NCBI GenBank assembly: GCA_963755365.1
Contig: CAVWJV010000012.1
Location: forward strand, 250,356-314,355
Length of the DNA: 64,000 bases
Direction of reading: 5' to 3'
Source of the DNA: Terriglobia bacterium
Lineage (GTDB): Bacteria > Acidobacteriota > Terriglobia > Terriglobales > Acidobacteriaceae
The notes beneath the pieces are model-generated. The model was not told where the DNA came from. It worked only from the letters and a program-made list of their open reading frames with translations, and did no database searches. A program made the translations under genes and the position numbers. The stretch's first letter is position 1. Each line of letters opens with the position of its first letter. This document shows positions 58,320-64,000 of the stretch, piece by piece.

Positions 58320-59243
58320 ATGGCTGAAGTGATCACCGTCCGCGACCTCCGCAAGAGCTATGACAAGCTTGAGGCCGTGAAAGGTATTGATTTTCAAGTT
58401 GGCGCGGGTGAGGTGTTTGGTTTGCTGGGTCCCAATGGCGCCGGCAAAACCAGCACCGTGGAAATACTGGAAGGCTTGCGCGCGCGCTCCAGCGGCGAGG
58501 CGAGAGTACTTGGTTTTGATCCTGACCGCCAGAAGCGGCAGTTGAAAGACCGCATTGGCGTCTGCCTGCAGGCGACCAATCTTCCCGCCAAGATCCGCAC
58601 GCAGGAGGCGCTGGATCTGTTTGCTTCGTTCTACACGCGCAGCCTGAACTCCGAACAGCTCTTGAAACGGCTGCAACTGTGGGACAAGCGTGATGCATTC
58701 TACGAAACTCTTTCCGGAGGTCAGAAACAGCGCCTGGCGCTGGCCATGTCTCTGGTCAACGATCCCCAACTGCTGTTCCTGGACGAGCCCACCACCGGAC
58801 TTGATCCGCAAATTCGTCTCGAGATTCACGGCCTGATCGAAGAGATGAAATCAGAACAACGCACCGTCCTTCTGACCACGCATTACATTGAGGAAGCCGA
58901 ACGACTTTGCGATCGCGTGGCCATCATGGATGAAGGCAAGATCGTGGCCATGGGCACGCCCAAAGAATTGCAGCAGCAAAGCAAAGGCCAGTCACGCATA
59001 CAGATCAACGTAGCCGCTCCCTTATTGCGTGAGACGCTGCCGGCGTGGCCGGATGCCATCGAAACCAGGCTGAATAGCGACGGTCGCGAGATGACGGTTT
59101 ATTCCAACCGTCCGGCCCGGACCTTGTTTGAGATCATGAAATGGCTTGACCAGCAGGGACTGCAATTGGATGACGTCCATTTGAAGCGCCCGACTCTGGA
59201 AGATGTCTTTGTGGAACTGACAGGAAAGAAGCTGCGGGATTAA
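58320..59243 (+). CDS. ABC transporter ATP-binding protein (ABC-2/DrrA-like)
   Basis: Walker A is GPNGAGKTST, the signature is LSGGQKQRLALA, and Walker B is LLFLDEPTTGLD. Confidence 0.92.
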   Translation: MAEVITVRDLRKSYDKLEAVKGIDFQVGAGEVFGLLGPNGAGKTSTVEILEGLRARSSGEARVLGFDPDRQKRQLKDRIGVCLQATNLPAKIRTQEALDLFASFYTRSLNSEQLLKRLQLWDKRDAFYETLSGGQKQRLALAMSLVNDPQLLFLDEPTTGLDPQIRLEIHGLIEEMKSEQRTVLLTTHYIEEAERLCDRVAIMDEGKIVAMGTPKELQQQSKGQSRIQINVAAPLLRETLPAWPDAIETRLNSDGREMTVYSNRPARTLFEIMKWLDQQGLQLDDVHLKRPTLEDVFVELTGKKLRD

Positions 59244-59267
59244 TCGCCGGGAGATGATCGGAAAAGA

Positions 59268-60092
59268 ATGAAAGCATACCTTGCACTAATCGGGATTGAT
59301 CTGAAGCTGGCCTTGCGCCAGCGCACGGTCATTTTCTTCAACTACCTGTTTCCACTGATCTTCTTTTTTACCTTCGGCGTTTTTCTCGGCGCACGCAATG
59401 ACGTTGTCAAGGCCACTCTGGTCCTGACCATGTCAACCACGCTGGGCATTCTCGGCAATGGCTTGTTCGGGGCTGGAATACGTGCCCTGCAGGAACGCGA
59501 GATGAATATCCTGCGGCGTTACAAAGTTACGCCAATCACGCCCGGGCCGATACTGGTGGCGTCCATGGTTACCGGCTGGATCATCTTCCTGCCCTACATT
59601 CTGCTGTTGCTTGCCGTTTCGCACTATTGGTATCACATGCCATGGCCGGGTTCGCCGTTATCTCTGATCGTTTTTATATCCATCGGATTGGTCGCGTTTC
59701 GTTCTATTGGCCTGGTCATTGCATCTGTGGCCAATACCATGCAGGAAGGGACCATCCTGGTTCAATTGATGTACTTCCCCATGCTTTTTCTGAGCGGAGC
59801 CACGTTCCCAATCGAGAATGGCCCGGCGATCCTGAAGATAATTTCCGGTTTCATCCCGGCTACCTACCTGGTGAAGGGCATGACCGGGATCATGATAAAG
59901 AGCCAGGACCTGGCTGACGTGAAGGCATATGCCGGCGCTCTAGTGCTCACGTTGGCGGTCGGCTTCATCGTCGGTATGAATCTCTTCCGCTGGGAAAAAG
60001 AGGAGAAGATCCGTGGCACGGCCAAGCTCTGGGTACTGGCTGTGCTTCTACCCTTCTTCGTGATGGGAATTGTGCAATGGATCAAGCGATAA
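59268..60092 (+). CDS. ABC-2 type transporter permease
   Basis: The 274-aa ORF has six TM helices and lies directly after the ATPase. Confidence 0.85.
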   Translation: MKAYLALIGIDLKLALRQRTVIFFNYLFPLIFFFTFGVFLGARNDVVKATLVLTMSTTLGILGNGLFGAGIRALQEREMNILRRYKVTPITPGPILVASMVTGWIIFLPYILLLLAVSHYWYHMPWPGSPLSLIVFISIGLVAFRSIGLVIASVANTMQEGTILVQLMYFPMLFLSGATFPIENGPAILKIISGFIPATYLVKGMTGIMIKSQDLADVKAYAGALVLTLAVGFIVGMNLFRWEKEEKIRGTAKLWVLAVLLPFFVMGIVQWIKR

Positions 60093-60753
60093 GTCGAAAG
60101 GCGTCGCGGGTAATTTTCTTAGTACTCTTTTCCCTCTTTTTCATCTAATCGCCGCTGCCCTCACCGCACAGGACACTGATCGGCAGCAATTTCTGCATCG
60201 GCTTGCGGCTGCTGCCGAAGAGCGTGTGAATCATCCGGCGCGCTATGATCCGGGCTATCTGGCAATCGCATACCCGGGAGGTGACGTTCCGTCTGACACT
60301 GGCGTCTGCACCGACGAAGTGATCCGCGCGTACCGCACGCTCGGCGTCGATCTGCAAAAGGAAGTCCATGAAGACATGTTGGGCAACTTTGATGCATATC
60401 CCAGCCGGTCAATTTGGAAGCTGCCACGGCCTGATTCCAACATCGATCATCGGCGCGTGCCGAATTTGCGCATATTTTTCTCCCGAAAAGGGGAAAGCCT
60501 GCCGATCAGTTCTCAGGCAAAAGACTACCTGCCTGGAGACCTGGTGACATGGGACCTTGGACATGGTCTGACGCATATTGGCATGGTTGTGGAACGAACA
60601 ACGCTGGTTACCGGGCAGCATTTGATTGAACACAACATTGGCGTCGGGCCAAAAATTGAAGACGTTTTATTCGATTGGAAGATAACCGGCCATTACAGGT
60701 ATTTTGGCCCGCGCAGAAGGACCGCAACAAACGCGAGTTCCGCAAAAAAGTGA
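60070..60753 (+). CDS. DUF1287 domain-containing protein
   Basis: YDPGYLAIAYPGGDVPSDTGVCTDEVIRAYRTLGVDLQKEVHEDM...PDSNIDHRRVPNL. The exact start is uncertain. Confidence 0.8.
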   Translation: MCNGSSDKSKGVAGNFLSTLFPLFHLIAAALTAQDTDRQQFLHRLAAAAEERVNHPARYDPGYLAIAYPGGDVPSDTGVCTDEVIRAYRTLGVDLQKEVHEDMLGNFDAYPSRSIWKLPRPDSNIDHRRVPNLRIFFSRKGESLPISSQAKDYLPGDLVTWDLGHGLTHIGMVVERTTLVTGQHLIEHNIGVGPKIEDVLFDWKITGHYRYFGPRRRTATNASSAKK

Positions 60754-61036
60754 AACCCGAATAAGCCGGCAATTAAGTATCTCCCGCAGGCCGGCGGGAA
60801 TCTAATCTACATAACGTTGGTAACAGTGACCTGGCTCACAGACGAGAGCGTACACGCGAAACTAGTTTGTATTGAGCCTTTTGCAGCCCGTTTCGGACTG
60901 GCGTCCACAAACGCCCATAAGGGTGAGAATGGGGCTGAGGTGATTGGAAAGTCTCTTGAGTTTGGAGTATAAAGAAATGTTGCAGACTGAGACACTCCCC
61001 ACACAAGAAAAGACGGAAAACGGTAAAAGGAACCCT

Positions 61037-62173
61037 ATGTCAACCAGCACAGTCACGCCCACCAAAGGGCTTGAAGGGATCGTTGCGGCAAGCTCGTCCA
61101 TCTGCTATATCGATGGCGACGCCGGAATTCTCGCCTATCGCGGCATTGATATTCATGAGCTAGCCCAGCACTCAACTTTTGAGGAAACCTGCTATCTGCT
61201 CTGGTTCGGCAAGCTGCCCAATCGCGCGGAATTGGCAGACCTGAACAAGAGACTGGCAGCAGAGCGCAAAGTTGATCCGGCCATCTTTGAGCTCATGCGT
61301 AAGCTCCCTAAGACGGCCATTCCCATGGAGGTCCTGCGTACGGCAGTTTCCGCACTGTCGCCCTATGACGCCGATGCTGAGAAGATGGACCACGATGCGA
61401 ACGTTCGCAAAGCCATTCGCCTGACCTCGCAGATTGCCATGATCGTGGCCGGCTATGACCGCATCCGCAAAGGCAAGGAGATTGTTCAGCCCGACCCATC
61501 GCTCTCCCACGCAGCAAATTTCCTGCTGCTGTTAAACGGTGAAAAGCCGAGTAAGACTGCCGAAAAAGCGCTGGATGTGGCCCTGATTCTTCATGCCGAC
61601 CATGAATTGAACGCATCCACATTTGCCGCGCGTGTGATTGCTGCCACCCTGGCTGACATGCACTCGGCGATTGTCGGTGGTATCGGCGCTCTGAAAGGTC
61701 CGCTGCACGGCGGCGCCAATGAAGCCGTGATGCGTATTCTCTTCGACATCGATAAGAAAGGCGAAGATCCCGTCGAGTACGTAAAAGCCATGCTGGCGGC
61801 CAAGAAAAAGGTGCCAGGCTTCGGCCATCGCGTGTACACGACTGAAGATCCTCGCGCTACCCACTTGCGCAAGATGTCACAGGAACTGGGCAAAGACGCG
61901 AACCCGAAGTGGTATGACATGTCGGCGAAGCTCGAACAGTACATCAAGAAGGAAAAAGGCCTGAACGCCAACGTTGACTTCTACTCAGCGTCAACGTACA
62001 CCACGCTGGGATTGGATGTTGACTTGTTCACGCCCGTCTTTGCTGTCTCACGCATCAGCGGCTGGACGGCCCACGTGATCGAGCAGTTGGACGACAATCG
62101 TTTGATCCGCCCGCGCGCCGATTACATCGGTCCGAAACACCCGGCAAAGTACGTGCCGATCGAACAACGGTAA
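61037..62173 (+). CDS. citrate synthase (short, ~378-aa type)
   Basis: GLEGIVAASSSICYIDGDAGILAYRGI, HADHELNAST, GPLHGGANE and GFGHRVY motifs are present. I prefer the ATG at 61037 after AAAGGA over the TTG at 60944. Confidence 0.92.
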   Translation: MSTSTVTPTKGLEGIVAASSSICYIDGDAGILAYRGIDIHELAQHSTFEETCYLLWFGKLPNRAELADLNKRLAAERKVDPAIFELMRKLPKTAIPMEVLRTAVSALSPYDADAEKMDHDANVRKAIRLTSQIAMIVAGYDRIRKGKEIVQPDPSLSHAANFLLLLNGEKPSKTAEKALDVALILHADHELNASTFAARVIAATLADMHSAIVGGIGALKGPLHGGANEAVMRILFDIDKKGEDPVEYVKAMLAAKKKVPGFGHRVYTTEDPRATHLRKMSQELGKDANPKWYDMSAKLEQYIKKEKGLNANVDFYSASTYTTLGLDVDLFTPVFAVSRISGWTAHVIEQLDDNRLIRPRADYIGPKHPAKYVPIEQR

Positions 62174-62195
62174 GAAAAATTAAAAACAAAGAACC

Positions 62196-62225
62196 AGCCC
62201 CTCCGCAAAGAGGGGCTAGTTTTTT
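62196..62225. terminator. rho-independent terminator between convergent genes
   Basis: agcccctc-cgcaaa-gaggggct followed by agTTTTTT. Confidence 0.8.
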
Positions 62226-62233
62226 GCTGGATG

Positions 62234-63596
62234 CTATGCGCTGGGCATGAGCCGCGCACGTACTTTTTTCCAGGCAAGCCGCGCCGGAAGAAACAGGACG
62301 AATATCCAGAACAGCAGGATTGGTCCGGTTGAAAGCAGCCAGAACAGAACTGAGACGACAGTGTCCCGGATAGAGCGGATGCCATCGATGCCGGCATTAC
62401 GCAGTTGATCCCCCAGAGATGGCGGCACGACTTTGAGTTCAGCTTTGTATTGTTCCGAGATCGTCAAATCGAGCGACGCAAAGCTGACCTGATTTTTCAT
62501 GGTCTTCAATTGCGCTTCCATCTGTTCAATGTCACCTTGTACACGGCTGATTTGGAGTTCAACCGACAGCACATCGGAAAGTTTTCCCGTCCGGTCGCGC
62601 TGAATTTCAATCAGGCGCTGCTGTGTCTTGCGCGCATTGCTCAGGCGTGCGTTCAAGTCGACGTATTGCTGAGTCACTTCTTCGCCGTTCTGGGCTTCTG
62701 CCTCGACCCTTCCCAGGGCTTTCAATGCCGCCAATGCGGAATCGAGCTGCGCGGAAGGAATCCGCAGTTTAGCGTTGATCGAACGCGCCGAACCATTCGG
62801 AGTGTTAACAATGAGGTCTCCGATATAGCCGTGATGGCGCTTCAGAATGTCGTCCACGCTCTTGCGAGCAAGATCGAAGTCTTTCATGGTTACCGTGAGT
62901 TGCGCGGAACGTACGATCATTGGGCCGTTAGCTACGATATCGCCGGCGACGGGCTCGTCTTCTGTTGGCTGGCCGTCCGCCTCAAGGCTGCCAGCCAATG
63001 GTTTTGGGGGTGGTGGAGGCGCCGGTACTGGACTGGATCGCGTAACATCATCCCCCAGGCCATACGGAGAGTTAGAACCTGTAGCTGTTGATTTCTCCGG
63101 CGATCTTTCTTGTCGACTCTGCCGGATAGAATCCAGAGGAATGCTCTGTTGGGCATGATGTACTTCGAGCTTTATCGTAAAACGCATTCATAGCATGCCG
63201 GCTGCGCAACAGATTCGGAATCGACACCATTGCTATCATTACAGCCACAACCCCTACTCCTGCCAGCTGCCAAGCTCTCCGACGCAACGTCTTCGGATTC
63301 TTCAGCCACGTCCATATCGATCGGATCAGGCCGGAAACGCCAGCTTCTGATTGCGTTGTTTTCTTCTCGCGCTCGTCTAGCGCTTCAGCAATCACCGCCG
63401 GAATAGCCGAGTTTCCAGCCTCCACTTCCCAGGCCAGCAATCCCCTTGAAATTTCTCCGAACTCCGCCGCAAGACTCTGACACTCTTTGCATTGATTCAG
63501 ATGCGCCGCTGTGTCTGCGGCCCGTTCGGGCGACAATTCACCGTCCAGATAGGCCATCAGCTCTTCAGGTTCGATTGTGTGATTTTGTTGATTCAT
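62234..63596 (-). CDS. anti-sigma factor (zf-HC2) + TM + DUF4349 domain; probable frame break at the T-run ~63176-63186
   Basis: ORF 63072-63596 carries HLNQCKECQ and a TM helix (AGVGVVAVMIAMVSIPNLLRSR). ORF 62234-63187 is a classic DUF4349 but has no N-terminal signal or TM of its own. The two overlap by 116 nt in different frames. Confidence 0.75.
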
Positions 63597-63683
63597 CTCT
63601 GGGCCTCTTCTTCGGTTACTGGGGCTACGCGCGTTACCGGGGCTACCCGTTGATACCTGCTGGTTGCGTCTGCCGTTTCAACT

Positions 63684-64000
63684 TCATGTGGCATGATGCG
63701 TATCTGGACTGCCCGCCTCCAGCAGCGTCTTCAACGCCATGCGCGACCTGAACAATCTCGATCGCACAGTATTCACTGGAATCCGTAACAGGCCGGCAAT
63801 CTCGGCATAGCTCAGTTGCTCATATTCCCGAAGCATCAAAATTTCCCGCTCCGTCGGATCAAGCTTCTCGAGCGCTTGTTGTACCCAAAGACTCGTCTCG
63901 GGGTGGAGGTCGACTCCCGCTTCGACTTCTGAATCCAGGGGCGGACCATCCTTGGCTTGTTTACGTCTTTCAGCAAACAATTGCTTCATCGCAATACTGT
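63684..64000 (-). CDS. ECF-type RNA polymerase sigma factor, C-terminal part; ORF runs off the right edge
   Basis: Region 4 reads LDPTEREILMLREYEQLSYAEIAGLLRIPVNTVRSRLFRSR. The frame stays open to nt 64000. Confidence 0.85.
   Translation of the reverse strand, partial: SIAMKQLFAERRKQAKDGPPLDSEVEAGVDLHPETSLWVQQALEKLDPTEREILMLREYEQLSYAEIAGLLRIPVNTVRSRLFRSRMALKTLLEAGSPDTHHAT

Noticed and set aside
58128-58829. 233-aa minus-strand ORF
   Set aside because: It is antisense to the ABC ATPase, which has Walker A/B and signature motifs. There is no motif support for the antisense ORF.

Overview
This 64-kb window is a chromosomal segment of about 56% GC. It looks like Acidobacteriota. I infer this from two MacB/FtsX-type 'ADOP-like' orphan permeases, the gene content, and several short intergenic repeat families; nothing here proves it.

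I saw no rRNA, CRISPR array, transposase, integrase or prophage. One tRNA-Arg(CCG) lies at 28224-28300 (-).

Gene content in order:
- Permease 3' end, SRPBCC protein, an orphan PD-(D/E)XK-like protein, a secreted protein, and a YtxH/DUF948-like pair.
- A short dcw head, mraZ-rsmH-(small ORF)-ftsL-ftsI, on the minus strand, with GTGGT direct repeats upstream of mraZ.
- A phosphoesterase, then a di-haem cytochrome c gene bracketed by 69-bp direct repeats that duplicate the 3' end of a DsbA-like gene.
- A secreted protein made of about 16 Asp/Lys/Arg heptads.
- A minor-pilin cluster (GspH/FimT-, PilV-, PilW-, PilX-like), then an IPT-collagen-like-phage-tail-collar protein.
- A cNMP-binding histidine kinase with a REC/Grx-like/TrxR-like fusion that lacks the CxxC.
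- Three paralogous small HxxH...CxxC proteins around the tRNA, and an HTH-REC regulator.
- A block of oxidative and C1-type enzymes: GcvT-like protein, alpha/beta hydrolase, two CrtI-like FAD oxidoreductases, Rieske oxygenase.
- PafA-like phosphatase, fused E1 alpha/beta dehydrogenase, HAD phosphatase, beta-propeller lactonase.
- A DUF2089 operon with a palindromic operator and a decayed paralogue.
- uvrB, TlpA-like redoxin, a PFK with PPi-type signature residues between two large polytopic membrane proteins, ADOP permease, ABC-2 exporter, DUF1287 protein, citrate synthase.
- An ECF sigma / anti-sigma-DUF4349 module at the right edge.

The most striking technical feature is that at least 14 otherwise conserved genes are split by reading-frame breaks. 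This needs read-level checking before any of them is called a pseudogene.

All functional calls come from motif and family recognition by eye. No searches were run.
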